Source of the DNA: Mayamaea pseudoterrestris
Taxonomy: Eukaryota
Reading direction: 5' to 3'
Assembly: GCA_027923505.1 (NCBI GenBank)
Contig: BROI01000008.1
Coordinates: forward strand, 496,001-560,000
DNA: 64,000 bases
A model generated the notes under the pieces. It saw only the letters and a program-made list of their open reading frames with translations. It had not been told where the DNA came from and did no database searches. The translations under genes were made by a program, and so were the position numbers. Within the stretch, counting starts at the first letter, position 1, and every line of letters starts with the position of its first letter. This document shows, in pieces, positions 44,301-56,390 of the stretch.

Positions 44301-45197
44301 TTGTTGTTTCTTCGTTTTTATTCCTACTCATCCAACGATAACCATTTGTTATCACAGATACAACAGAATCTTGCCGTGGTGTGCCGATTTGTCCGTCATG
44401 CAAAATATATAATTTTCTGGGAGGAGTGTTACATCACCTTTTGGATTGTCAGCGTCTGCCTGGTATTGGGTACACTCTTTCTTTTCGTTCCTTGGTTTTA
44501 TCTCATCCAATCTTCCGCTCGTATCCTCGTTTGGTCGTTGCTCGGGCCATGGATGAGGCTTGTCGATGTGCTTTATGTAAGCAAAGGGCAGTTTTTCAAT
44601 GTGGAAGACATGCTTGCACCGTGGGAAGGAGCCTTGCACCTGGGCGTCACGTCTAGCAAGGCGACAAGGGCACGAGTCAATCAGGAGAATGTCGAGAAGC
44701 TGAAAGCCATGAAGGAATATATGTTTGGGAGGTTTGTGACCCGTGTTCCTGTGCTGAAGGAAGATCGCTACCGAGACATGCCGTTGGCGGAAAGCTCCGC
44801 TGTTCCTTATCGGCCAGCGCTTGTACCTTTGTCGGAGTTGGCAATGCAGGAAGCCGGTTACAAGCGGAAGCGTTTAATGGGACAACACATGACTGGTACA
44901 ATGATACCTCAGGTAAGCATGGTGGCATCACAAGTTATTGCTAAGTGTTAGGGCTGACATAGCGGTTGCTCGCTCAAATTACAGGTTCAGACTCATGGTC
45001 AAACCGACGCTCCAATTGGCCACGCTACGGCCAAACCAAGGCTTGTCGATCGGAACGAGCCTGGCGGTTCGCTTGCGATCGGTCCTACGACGGTCGATGC
45101 CTATGCCCAGCTTGGTTTTTTGGTTGCCGCAGCAGGTATGCTAACGTGGTTGGGAGTACCGGCCGTCTCCCATCTGGTCATAGAGCTGACAAAGTGA
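41391..45197 (+). CDS. Multi-C2-domain membrane protein (MCTP-like), ~8 exons; paralog of 30294-34466
   Basis: Two C2 domains (LLVEICGARNLLAGDKHTSDPYV; GNLFVEVIACDDLPNMD...GVFDYD...DFIGRV) and TM blocks. GT-AG introns at ~41484-41585, 42265-42343, 42815-42894, 43100-43172, 43650-43724, 44281-44357 and 44913-44984. Confidence 0.78.
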
Positions 45198-45676
45198 ATG
45201 GATGACAAGTAAAAAATGTTGGCGGTATACGGTGCAGGCTAATTTATACGTAGACTATGCTTTTGTGATTTGCGTGTCGCCTATAGTTAATCGCCCGTCA
45301 TGGAAGCAGGCGACGCGCTGAAAGGTAATAAAGTCGGAGCGAGTTGCATACTGAAAAGAATCTTGTTCCCATAGATGCTGAAAGGTGACATGTGGCGTGG
45401 TTAGTTATACTATTGGATGCTGCTCGATGCTGCTGGAAGTGAGGCCTCGTCGAAGGGAAGTTAAAAAACCATTAAGGACAAGGTTTCATGTAGATTTCTA
45501 CGTATTTGGTAGGAAAGAAACTTCCTTGTCACAATGGCAACGTCACATTCTTTCGCCGGCGGCAGCAGAAGCAAAGACGATGTTTGTTCCATCACCCTGC
45601 CAGCAAGGGTCGAGCATACTCATCTGCTCTTCTCATAATCTCGCTTTTTGACTAAAAGCATCTCTTACAAGTAACG

Positions 45677-47555
45677 ATGTGCGCTGAAACTGGAACGACG
45701 CCTTCCAAGGATAACAAGGAAACGGACCTTGCCATCGACGATGGCGCCGTGAAAGAATGGTACGTGCGTTCAATACAGCATGGTGGAACCAGGTCTCGTT
45801 TCGTTCTTGTTGAAGACGAGATGATGTTGAAAATATGTAACGCCACACCACCACAACTAATTCAAGTGCCTTTCCCTTTTCGTTGCCAGGAAAAAGTACT
45901 CCACCTACAGCATCGCCGTTGACCCTGACCAGGGCGACAAGGCGACGGAGATTAAAATGTTTTCGTTTGCAAGACCGCACATGAGAGCATTCCATTGCTC
46001 GTGGTGGTCCTTCTTCATAGCATTTCTCATTTGTAAGTTAAACTGCTAAGCCGTTGCGTTTCACAGGATCGTCGCTTGTCGCTCACAATCAACGCTTTCG
46101 CTTTCAATGCAGGGTTCGCCATCGCTCCTTTGCTCAAAGAGATTGGACATACGCTGAACCTTTCCAAGCAGGAACTGTGGACGTCGAACATTGTTAGCGT
46201 CGCTGGAACCATCTTTATGCGTTTCCTTCTCGGTACGTTCGCGCTTCACCTGTATCTGGCTGGGTATCATTCGGCGCGCCACAACCGCCTCGTCAACTTA
46301 CACAATGTTGCCCATCTTCCGACAGGCCCTTTGTGCGATAAGCTTGGGGCAAAGGCATTGTTCAGCCTGGTTTTGATTTCGGCGTCGATTCCCACTGCGT
46401 GCTTGGGCTTTGTCAACTCCGCTTCTGGTTTGTACGTTCTCCGACTCTTCATTGGCATTGCTGGTGGATCCTTTGTCACATGCCAGTACTGGTCGAGCAT
46501 GATGTTTACTAAGGACATTGTTGGCACCGTAAATGGCATCACAGCCGGTTGGGGTGAGTAGCATAGTGGATGCAATGCCCTGTGAGTCATTGCTTGCTGG
46601 TTGCACTGTCTTATCTTGCATCGTGCGTATATTCGCTAATACAGGTAATCTTGGTGGTGGCGTAACGCACCTCGTGGTGGGCTCCGCACTTTTCCCCCTC
46701 TTCAAGAATGTTTTCTTTGATGGCGATGCCGAAATGGCCTGGCGTACCGTCTGCGTCGTCCCTGCAGCAGTGGCAACCATTACAGGTGTTGTCGTTTACT
46801 TCATCAGCGAAGACTGCCCCAAAGGAAACTACAATGAGCTCACGAAACATGGCTCACGCCCAGAGGTATCAGCTACCGCGTCCTTCCGATCGGGTGCCAT
46901 CAACATGAACTCATGGCTCCTCTTCATTCAATATGGGTGCTGCTTTGGCGTGGAGCTGACCATGTACAATGCCGCCGCCTTGTACTTTGCTGATGAGTTC
47001 GGCTTGAGCACTGAGAAGGCTGCTCTCGTCGCCTCAATTTTTGGCTGGCTAAACATTTGCGCACGCGGTTTGGGAGGCTACTTCAGCGACCGCGCGAACG
47101 CCAAGATGGGTATGCGGGGCAGATTGCTAATTCAGACACTTCTCCTTGCTGTTGAGGGTGCCTTGGTGTTGGTATTTGGGCGCACCAAGTCCCTCGCAGG
47201 CTCCATCATTATCATGACGACCTTTAGTTTGCTTGTACAGGCAGCAAATGGTTCAACATTTGGCATCGTACCCTACGTGGACCCATCAAACACTGGCAGT
47301 GTGAGTGGAATTGTGGGTGCAGGCGGCAATTTTGGCGCGGTATGTTTTGGACTTGGCTTCCGTTCTTTGAGCTACGAAAAAGCTTTTACACTCATGGGGG
47401 CATTGATTATGGGCAGTTCTCTCCTCTCTGGCGTAATGTCTATCAAGGGCCACCGTGGTCTTTTTTGTGGAACGGACGACAACCCACCAGGTGCAACGTT
47501 GATTGTTCCGGAGAAGGATATCGAAGGCACCTCCGAGGACATTAACTCTGAGTGA
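45677..47555 (+). CDS. NRT2: High-affinity nitrate transporter (NRT2/NNP family); exons 45677-45759, 45890-46032, 46113-46232, 46326-46553, 46645-47555
   Basis: FSFARPHMRAFHCSWWSFF, GTIFMRFLLGPLCD, nitrate signature AGWGNLGGG, YGCCFGVELT, ARGLGGYFSD, GIVGAGGNFG. Both conserved TM arginines are present. Confidence 0.95.
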
Positions 47556-47978
47556 GCATCATCGTTTTGAGATTTTTGCAATTTTGACATTTTTGTCTTG
47601 CATTTTAACAGCTTTAAGCTTTAGTTTTGATTACTTCCATATTTTACATATGTTACCACAAAGCTCTCTGAGATTAGATAGAAGTAACCAACCTATGTTC
47701 ATTTCGGCATTAATTAGATGTAGCTCGCTCCTCTATGTATGATATATGTCAAGGTCCACCATCGTCTCTCGTCAAACGATAGTACACCAAGCGCAACTTA
47801 AACATGCCGGAATAGGAATTGATGCCGCTTCCCAGGAGATCAACTCGAAGTTAGCACCGTTCAAGCCGTACCCAGTGTGTGTCCATGTTCCGCGCCTGCC
47901 GAGCGGAAGACCATGTCCGATGCCACCCTGCGCCACCAATCATTCATTGGAAAGAACTTTCATTTCCTTCCGTCGACC

Positions 47979-50509
47979 ATGACGATTGCTGCGCAGCTGC
48001 TACCCGTGTTGGACTCACAGTCAGACGATGATGGTCTTGAGACGAATGATAGCGACGATGACGTTGAAATGGATGAAACATTTGAGTTTGGCGGCATTCT
48101 GGTACGTGCAAAATCATTGGATAGATCACTTTGTCGCATTTGGTGTTAAACAACTCTTACAGTGGGCTATCGTCACTCTCTCGTTAAAAGGGTGAAGATG
48201 GAGGATTTTCAAGCGCTTCTCTTCTGACTGCTCCAGCGCCTGGGTGGTCGTACCAGACAGCGCTTGACAAGATTGAGAATGAAAAGTCAGCAACCAGCCT
48301 TCCAAGACTGGACATTGCTTCATTAATTGCAGCAAAGCGGAAAAAACTTTTGTCTACCAGACAAAACGATGAGGAAGAAGAAAGTGTATTGGGTGAGAGA
48401 GGTGGGACGAGTGGTTCGAGCGTAGGGAGCGATGATGACGACTCGTCCCAAGCAAGCAATTTCGACGAAGACGTTGCAGATGAGGTGCTTGACGAAGACA
48501 TCCTCAAAACTCGAGCTGGAAATGATAACACTGGTACGAATGGAAGTTCAGCTGAAAAGGAAGAGGCCGCTAAGGCAGCAGCCTTTTTTGACGACGACCC
48601 GTCTAATGAGGCTCCACTTATTGAGACATTTCATCAGTTGGCCTTGTCGCGCCCCATCCTTCGCGGTGTTGCCGCCATGGGCTTCGTGCAGCCCACCCCT
48701 ATTCAATCTGCAGTGATTCCTCTTGCATTAGCTGGTCGTGATATCTGTGCATCAGCTGTCACAGGTTCTGGGAAATCTGCAGCGTTTTTGCTTCCACTTC
48801 TGGAGCGCATGCTTCATCGCCCAAGCAACTCGACCAAGGCGCTTATTTTGACACCGACACGGGAATTAGCGGCACAATGTTTGGCAATGATGACTACTTT
48901 GGCGCAATTCACCAATCTCCGTGCCTCGCTGATTGTTGGAGGAAGCAAAAATGTAAATGCACAAGCTGCCGAGCTCAAGACCCGACCAGATTTGATTGTT
49001 GCGACTCCTGGGCGCATTCTAGACCATATCACAAACACGGCTGGAGTGACTCTTGGAGACATTGACATGCTGGTGCTGGACGAAGGGGACAGGCTATTGG
49101 ACCTCGGCTTTCAAGACGAGGTCAAAGAGCTCATAAAGCAATGCCCAGTGCAGCGTCAAACTATGTTGTTTAGTGCGACAATGAACACCAAAGTTGATGA
49201 TTTAATTGCTCTTAGTTTGAAGCGCCCTATTCGTGTCCGAGCCAGCGATTGTCAAGCAAACAATGACGTCGAAGTGGCACCGCGGTTAGAACAGGAATTC
49301 GTTCGGGTCAGAGCGGGCAATGAAGGCATCAACCGCGAAGCCATGCTATTGTCGCTCCTCACCCGAACCTACGAGAATCATGTAATTGTCTTTTTTGATA
49401 CCAAGGCGACAGCGCATCGAACAATGATTCTTTGTGGCTTGCTGGGTGTAAAATGCGCAGAGTTGCATGGTAACTTGACGCAGCAGCAGCGGTTGCAGGC
49501 ACTGGAAGACTTTCGGTCCGGAGAAGTGGATGTTTTGCTAGCGACTGATTTGGCAGCGCGCGGTCTAGATATAGACCGCGTCCGAACTGTCATTAACTTT
49601 GAAATGCCCAATCAAGTGTCGACCTATGTGCATCGCATCGGGCGAACAGCTCGTGCTGGTCGCGGAGGACGAAGCTGTACGTTGATTGGCGAAGGGCGTC
49701 GACATTTGATGAAGGAGCTAATAAAAGAAGCTGATTTGAAGAAGAAGAATGGGACGAATCTTGATGCAGGCAGCGGAGTTATTCGTACCCGCACCATACC
49801 GCAGGCAGTGGTGAGCCACATGGCTGCGAGGATTGAGTCGCTGCAGCCACATGTCAGGGAAGTTCTCGAAGCGGAAGCTGTTGCGCGTATGGATCGTCTC
49901 GCCGACATGGAAGCCGTCAAGGCTCAGAATATAATTGAACATGCCGATGAAATTCACTCACGGCCGCAGCGTGAGTGGTTCATGTCGGGCAAACAGAAGA
50001 AGCTTACCAAGGAAGCCATTGCCGAGAAGCAAAAAATGATTGCTGAAAAGGTTGGTACCGGTACACATCGTATGACACGCAAGAAGCGACGTGCTCGCGA
50101 AGCTTTGAAGGGACTTGAATCGCACGATGGCGATGACTTGGAGGAAAAGGAGGACGGCGGCGGCACAGCGAAGCGCAACTCAACTTTACCGAAGCCTGGT
50201 CAAATAAAGTCGGCCATCAAGAAGCAGAAGAAGGTTGGTCAAGAGAAGGAGCGGGAGGCACTGCAGCAGAGCATCCATGATTTGGACATGAAGCGTGAAA
50301 AGCGCGCCGCGCCAAAAAAGAAGACAAATCGAGACGCCGCTGGGGATTCTGGGCTGTTCTCTGAAGACAAGGTTGCATTTGCGACTCCTGGAGTCACTTC
50401 TGTTATCAAGAGTTCGTACAAGATGCGCGAATACGAACCCGACAAGAGGCTGGGAAAGAAGAAGGGCGTTCACAAATTTAAGAGCAAGAGCAAGTATAAG
50501 CGAAAGTAA
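47979..50509 (+). CDS. DDX27: DEAD-box RNA helicase DDX27/DRS1 (2 exons, intron ~48102-48190)
   Basis: Q motif GFVQPTPIQ, AVTGSGKS, PTRELA, TPGR, DEGD, SAT, LEQEFVRVR, TDLAARGLD, HRIGRTARAG, EIHSRPQREWF, C-terminal FKSKSKYKRK. Confidence 0.9.
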
Positions 50510-50539
50510 TGTTATTTTCGATACTGGAAATAATTATGT

Positions 50540-51424
50540 TTATCGTACGCAAAATAGTGACGAAGTGGTTTCGTTCCAGTTTCGCTCATGCGAAAGTATA
50601 CTGCCTGGTAAAATCCCACCTCCTGCAGCTTGCCGTTTCCGGTAAACCTCGCGGTCAATTTTATCATCACGTGCCAAGCCTCCGTCTGGTTCCCTGACTT
50701 TTGGAGAAACCCAATTGGTCATTTGCTTGTGGCCTTTTGCCTGTCGTTTCAACTCGTTGCGATAACCTTGCATCTGAGCTTGACGCAACTCGGCTGACAC
50801 TTGGTCGCGCTCTCCTAGAATAACTTCTGTCGACTCAATCTTCAGTCGGCGCTTGGCCATTGTAATTGCTTTTTCCTCGTCCTGAAACTCGCGCTTCATG
50901 CGTTCACTCTCTCTAATCTGCGAGGCAATTCGATCCTGCGTGCTGCGCTCCTCGTCGGCGCGTTGCGATTGCCGAACAACAATTTCCGCCTTGTACTTGC
51001 TTTCATAATCTTTGATTTTTGTTTTGTGCTCTTCAGCCTCCGGTTCCTCATTTACAATACTGTATATCATATCCTCAACTTCTTCCAGGTAGTCATTAAA
51101 CTCCTGGAGGTTGGCAAAATCAGCTTGCGTCTTGTTAAAGACCTTGAGTACCCGTCGTCTCCAGCCCGTATCCTTCTCCGTCTGCACATCATCCAGAGTC
51201 CGCTGCGTCAAAGTGACTTTCTTGACGGCGCTTTTGCAAATGGGGCAGGGAAACTCGCGTTTGCGTGATAACTCGCGGTCAATGCAGGCGGCACAAAACT
51301 GGTGTCCACACTTGACGGTTGCATTCGTCTGAAGGGTTGTGGTCGAGGTTAAATTGTCTCCTTCAGTCGTTCCGCAAATTGCGCAGCTAAACAAGTAGTC
51401 GTCAGCGTCATTCTCGCCGTCCAT
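50540..51424 (-). CDS. MNAT1: CDK-activating kinase assembly factor MAT1 (TFIIH subunit)
   Basis: RING C-x2-C...CGHQFCAAC...CPIC followed by RRRVLKVFNKTQADF..LQEFNDYLEEVEDMIY. Confidence 0.92.
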   Translation of the reverse strand: MDGENDADDYLFSCAICGTTEGDNLTSTTTLQTNATVKCGHQFCAACIDRELSRKREFPCPICKSAVKKVTLTQRTLDDVQTEKDTGWRRRVLKVFNKTQADFANLQEFNDYLEEVEDMIYSIVNEEPEAEEHKTKIKDYESKYKAEIVVRQSQRADEERSTQDRIASQIRESERMKREFQDEEKAITMAKRRLKIESTEVILGERDQVSAELRQAQMQGYRNELKRQAKGHKQMTNWVSPKVREPDGGLARDDKIDREVYRKRQAAGGGILPGSILSHERNWNETTSSLFCVR

Positions 51425-51510
51425 GATTGCGAAAGATGGTGCTGATGTGTGTTATGTGTGAAGAGTGGTCGACGGCCGTGGTGATTGAGAGAAATGTGAT
51501 GAGGCGCGAT

Positions 51511-51673
51511 TGACACTGGCACTCGTTTCGTATTATTGCCTTCTGACGTAATTGACACTGGCACTCGTTTCGTACTATTGTCTTATGACGTAAATGACAC
51601 TGGCACTCGTTTCGTATTATTGCCTTCTGACGTAATTGACACTGGCACTCGTTTCGTACTATTGCCTAGTGAC
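51511..51673. repeat. 4 x 42-bp tandem repeat (ABAB) in a divergent promoter
   Basis: TGACACTGGCACTCGTTTCGTA at 51511, 51553, 51595 and 51637; TGACGT at 51544, 51586 and 51628. Confidence 0.95.
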
Positions 51674-51817
51674 ATTCGTTGAATAATGATGCGACGACTT
51701 TTATTCACGCTACGACATATGGTCATTCCTTCGTCTTTGATGCCGTTTTGGATCGAATGTCTCACATCGACGACCTTGCATTCCACCCTCCACCTGACAA
51801 CAACAACAACAACAACC

Positions 51818-52468
51818 ATGACGTCCATAAGTTCCATTCTTTTACTATATCTTTTCATCGTTGCACCGCAAGTGCTGCATGCACAAAATGCCAATTGTCG
51901 GTTATGCACCGACGGAAGTGATCTTCCAGACTCGTTCATGAACACTACTCTCTTCTTTCTGGGCGGAACCCAAAGCTGTCGGACAGCCGATGAATACTTG
52001 GGAAGGCAAAGTGACTCAGCTGCATGTGAGAATGCCTGGATGGTAGCGTTTGGCGATCAAGTGGTTGATATTGAATCATTTTGTGGTTGTCCTGGAGTGT
52101 CGCCGCCGAACCTTTGCTCCTTGTGCAGTCAAGGTGGACTGGTATTTGAGGAGAAGCAAGATTTGGAGGTGGTATTGTATGATGGGAATGTAACTTTCTC
52201 CTGCCAGGAAGTGGAAGACATGGCGGAATATATCAATGACCAAGATGTTTGCGACAATGGCGTCAAGTTTGCCGAAGTTCAATGCTGTGATGGCCAGGCC
52301 GCGGTGCCGACACCTCCAACGCCACCTCCCACCATGGCTCCTTCTAGAACGCTATCGACGAATCCACCGACAGTGTCAAGTGCACGACCAAGCATATGCG
52401 CTGCTGGACTAGGGATGGCAGCTGTCGCGGCAGCGTCGTCGTTAGTTTTGATGAATTTGCTAGGCTAA
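51818..52468 (+). CDS. Secreted Cys-rich protein with Pro/Thr linker and probable GPI-anchor signal
   Basis: Signal peptide MTSISSILLLYLFIVAPQVLHA, two CxLC..G...SC...C...C(G)C modules, PTPPTPPPT linker and a hydrophobic C-terminus. Confidence 0.75.
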   Translation: MTSISSILLLYLFIVAPQVLHAQNANCRLCTDGSDLPDSFMNTTLFFLGGTQSCRTADEYLGRQSDSAACENAWMVAFGDQVVDIESFCGCPGVSPPNLCSLCSQGGLVFEEKQDLEVVLYDGNVTFSCQEVEDMAEYINDQDVCDNGVKFAEVQCCDGQAAVPTPPTPPPTMAPSRTLSTNPPTVSSARPSICAAGLGMAAVAAASSLVLMNLLG

Positions 52469-52752
52469 TCGCTCTGCAGCGCACACCTAATCATACAGTT
52501 GTGTGCACTACCACCATTTAAAATACAATACGTTCATGTTAGCTACTAATATTTGCGCGTCTGCTTGTTGGACTGCTCCACGTGTTGTCGCCGCCGCCGC
52601 CGCCGTCGTAACGGCATTGGATTAATCTCGCGATGGAGCTCGGCGGCGGCGACCATGAACCGCCATAATCGCACGTTCATCCGCTGCAAGCACAGCTTTG
52701 TGATTCTACTAAAGACACTGGCTACCTGTAATCCATTAAGATTGACTGAATA

Positions 52753-55700
52753 ATGGCATTTCGACAACAATCTCTGTCGCAACGCTCGAATGCTTTGGTC
52801 TTAGTCCGTAAACGTTCGCTCTTGGTCGTCGTCCTTGCATTGCTAAGCAAACCGTCGATTGCAGGTGTCTTTGGTCGACCGTTTGCTGCTGCAGCCATTT
52901 TTGGTAATCTGCTAGGAAGTAGAGATGAAACAGTCGATCAGGCGTCTCCATCAGTCGTGATTCCGCCTCCTCCTCTGCCGCAACATACGCAATTTAGTGG
53001 CGGACATGACGATGGTGCACCTCCTGATGATGTCGTAGTCACTGCTGCGGCCAACCAAGACGACAGCAATAGCCACCAACAATACATGATGCAGCAGCAG
53101 CACCATTCAATGATTTACAACAATCCTCCAGCTGATGGCGGTTATTCTCAGCCGCCGCCGCCACCGCCACCTCTACCTTACGACAATGGTGTAGACCTTT
53201 ACAACATGCAGATGCAGCAGCAGCAACGCGAGGACATGCACATTCGACAGCTTGACGTTTTAACGGAGCGCATCATGGAACTGGAAAGCTTAGCGGCACA
53301 TGATCGAAATTTGATATTGGAATGGCAGCAAAACTGCACTTCACTCATGAGTCAGGTTTCGTCTCTGCAGGAGAGTCGGAAGGAAGAGACGCAAAAGTGT
53401 TTGGCGCTGGAGGAGCAATATACACAGGCAATAGCTGACCAAGAGAGACTCAGGGAGGAACTCAAGGTTGCCATGAGAGAAGCGGAAGACTTGGCGGCGC
53501 TGATTGAAAAGCATCGACTATCATTGGAGGATGAGGAGGAGTCGTTTCGGAAGAAAAAGACGAAAAAGAAAAGAGGTTTGGTGGCGTGGCTGTTTGGATG
53601 GGGCGGTGAGGATGAAGAGGACTTGGATAGTGTTTACGGTGAAGCTCGGTCTACACTACTAAAGGCTTTACAGACGGAGCGAAACAGCGTTGACGAACTC
53701 GAGTCGGTTGTTGCCTCTCTGCAACAAAACAACTCTGCCATTGCCGAGCAAGTTCAGTCGAGGGACACCATTATTGACGAGCTGAACGATCGTATCGCCA
53801 TATTCGAAGAGGACAAGATTGTGCTCAAGGCAGCCTTGAAGCAACTTCAGAAGGAGATGAAGCAGGAAGCCCCTAGGACGCAAAAGCTTGCTGACGACTA
53901 CAGGGCTGCAAAGAGCGAGATTCAACGATTGCAAAAGGAAATCGAGACTCTGATCCAGATTCACCAGCGCGAAGTCAAAACTCTTCAAAAGCAAGTCATA
54001 CAGAAGGAAGAAACGATTCGGGAAGCGGAAGGTAATCTGACAGAGATTGGCTCATATGTCGACAAGCTTGAGGGCCGTCTTGCCGACTTCTCATTGGCGC
54101 GTCGCGACATTGAAGCACGGGAAAGAAAATGCCGAGAGATAGAAGAGGCGTCAAAAAAGGCAATGGAAGAACAAGAGAGAATCAAGGCGCAGATAGCCGA
54201 GTTTGAGATTGAGCGCGAGGAGCACAAGCAGCTATTGCAAGAGTTGGTAACTGAGAGAACATCGTTGAAATCTCAAACAGATCGAAGTGACGTAGAGCAA
54301 ACAGCGATGAGACTTCGCGGCTCTCTCGCCAAGCTTGAAATTGATTATAAAACATTGGATAAGCTTAATTGTGATCTTCAAACACGTATTCACGAGCTTG
54401 AAGTGCAGGAAAAGGCTTTCAATGATACCGCCCGAGATTTGGAAGAACAATTAAGGGCAAAGGAAGAACTTCTAGAGACTTTACGGGCGGGGGTCGAAGA
54501 ACACGTGCTTGAAAAAGAAGAAATAGCCACCCAACTGGAAAATGCCGAACGAGAGAAGTTGCAGTTGCTGGACAAGGTGGAGCGCTTAACACTTTCGGCT
54601 GAGTCGGCATCAAAAGAGACGAATAATCACGTTGCAGACTTGCAAACCTCTCTCCATGCATCTACTATGAAGGTGCAATCGCTAAAGATTGAGCTGTCAG
54701 CGTTACAGAATAATTTGGGTAAAGCGAATGAAGCGCTTGGCAGGACTGAGCAAGAGAAGAAATTACTGGAGGATTCGTTGCGTAGTTACAAGCTTTCGCA
54801 AGGGCCGTTGAAGGTATCGGCTCTGCAGGTATGCATCTGTGAGAAGTGAAACGTTGGTAGTCGTTCGCGTCGTCTTACACCTTCGCCTTCTTCTTGTTTA
54901 AGCCGATTGTAAGGTGTACTATAAATGAGTACGACGAGTTTGAAGCGGATCCACCGATACACATGAGCACGAAGAATCTTTTGCCAAACATATACGGTAT
55001 ATCATGCCGACCAGAATTACTCAAATTCGCACCCACTGCCAACGCTTCGCTGCATTTAGTGGTGCCTTTTGTGGGCCTCGATACGTGGACCTTTGCATCG
55101 AAGGCTTTCACCGGCAAGCAAACGAAGCGACTGCCTGGCGGTACAGCTAGAGCAACCCGGCAAGTTCCGACTAGAAATGGCAGGCAGCCCAGCCAGTCCT
55201 ATCAGCCTCTTGACCGGCGGGCTCAATTCCAAACGCGATTATCACAAAATGGGATTGCTAATCGAACGCAGTCGCTTAGTGTTCGCACGGCGAATGCGAC
55301 ACGGCCTCTTTCGGCATCCTCAAGCAAAGTTCGTTTTCGAGGGATACGTAAACTTTGTGCGAAATTGACTGGCGTACATGGATTGTTTACAAAACCATCA
55401 ATGCAACAATCTAGCCATGGTAAGACTACTGGCATGTCTTCCGCCCCAGCACCAATGAGAGTGCCAGTTGGCTTGCCCGCTAGCCAACGTTATTCATCAG
55501 TTGCTCCACTTGGACAAGCCAGTAGATCCGCGAGCGCCCCTCTTCAAAAGGGGCAACTTCCACAGTCTACAGCGCCTGAGACGAAATATGCCCTATTGAG
55601 CGCTGGTCGCCAAGCAAAATTTCCTATTCAAGAGTCTACTTCGCCGAGGTTGCCCAGCGCTGGTAGAACTACGGGCAGTATTCCAAGAACCTCTGCAGCT

Positions 55701-55883
55701 GGTGTGTCGATGCTCGGACAACACCTTGATTTAAAGTCGTCTACAAATCTAACGGAAGAAGCCAGGCAAGTCAACCAAGCGGGCGGAGCCAAACGCTCGT
55801 TTGGAGGTCTGATGCAGCCACCGCCCAACCACGAGGTATCTAATTCCGCAATTACAATTTCAGACACGACGAATGATGAATAG
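52753..55883 (+). CDS. Large coiled-coil protein with N-terminal hydrophobic signal and Pro/Gln-rich region; 3' exon structure tentative
   Basis: 698-aa heptad-rich ORF with donor CAG|GTATGC at 54828/9. A probable acceptor at 54903 joins the 54894-55883 frame. Confidence 0.6.
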
Positions 55884-56000
55884 ACTGATATTGTGCTTCT
55901 AAGTTTGTATTTATACTGCAGCTATGAGTACTGTACTTGTTATGTGGCATGTTGGTAGGCATCGTAAAGGCAAATATGTGATAACTAATCACCCATCTTC

Positions 56001-56390
56001 CTACTTTGTCTTGCCCGCTACACCTTGCGACTTGACCCTCTTACATGCATCCGCCCGGGCTTGGCCACTCTGACCGTACTTGCAGAGCGCTTCATCAGCG
56101 TTCAGCTTCGGAATGCACTTTGGATCTCGCTTGGGATCGCAGTTGGTTGTGTCGCTCGCAAGTTCACCATTGACGAACGCATCCATGTCGAGTGCCATAG
56201 CTGTTGTCCGATAAGATGTTACTCCGGCAAGAGCTAGCGAACCAGCCACGATATTTGTAAGCATTTGGCGTCGGCCGTCGTTAATCGACAAAGGTGGTGA
56301 GGCAGAGTTAATTTTCTGTGCGACTGAGATCTGCAGGGCGCATGCCAACGGCAGCAGTATGAGCGAAAATAGAATGGCAAACGTTTGCAT
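56001..56390 (-). CDS. Small plastid, probably thylakoid-lumen, protein with 4 Cys
   Basis: Signal peptide (…ACA-L), transit region, twin-Arg GRRQML, hydrophobic stretch and AMA cleavage site. The mature part is ~62 aa with four Cys. Confidence 0.7.
   Translation of the reverse strand: MQTFAILFSLILLPLACALQISVAQKINSASPPLSINDGRRQMLTNIVAGSLALAGVTSYRTTAMALDMDAFVNGELASDTTNCDPKRDPKCIPKLNADEALCKYGQSGQARADACKRVKSQGVAGKTK

Noticed and set aside
51511..51673. CRISPR-like appearance of regularly spaced repeats
   Set aside because: The intervening sequences are near-identical rather than unique spacers, there are no cas genes, and the context is eukaryotic.
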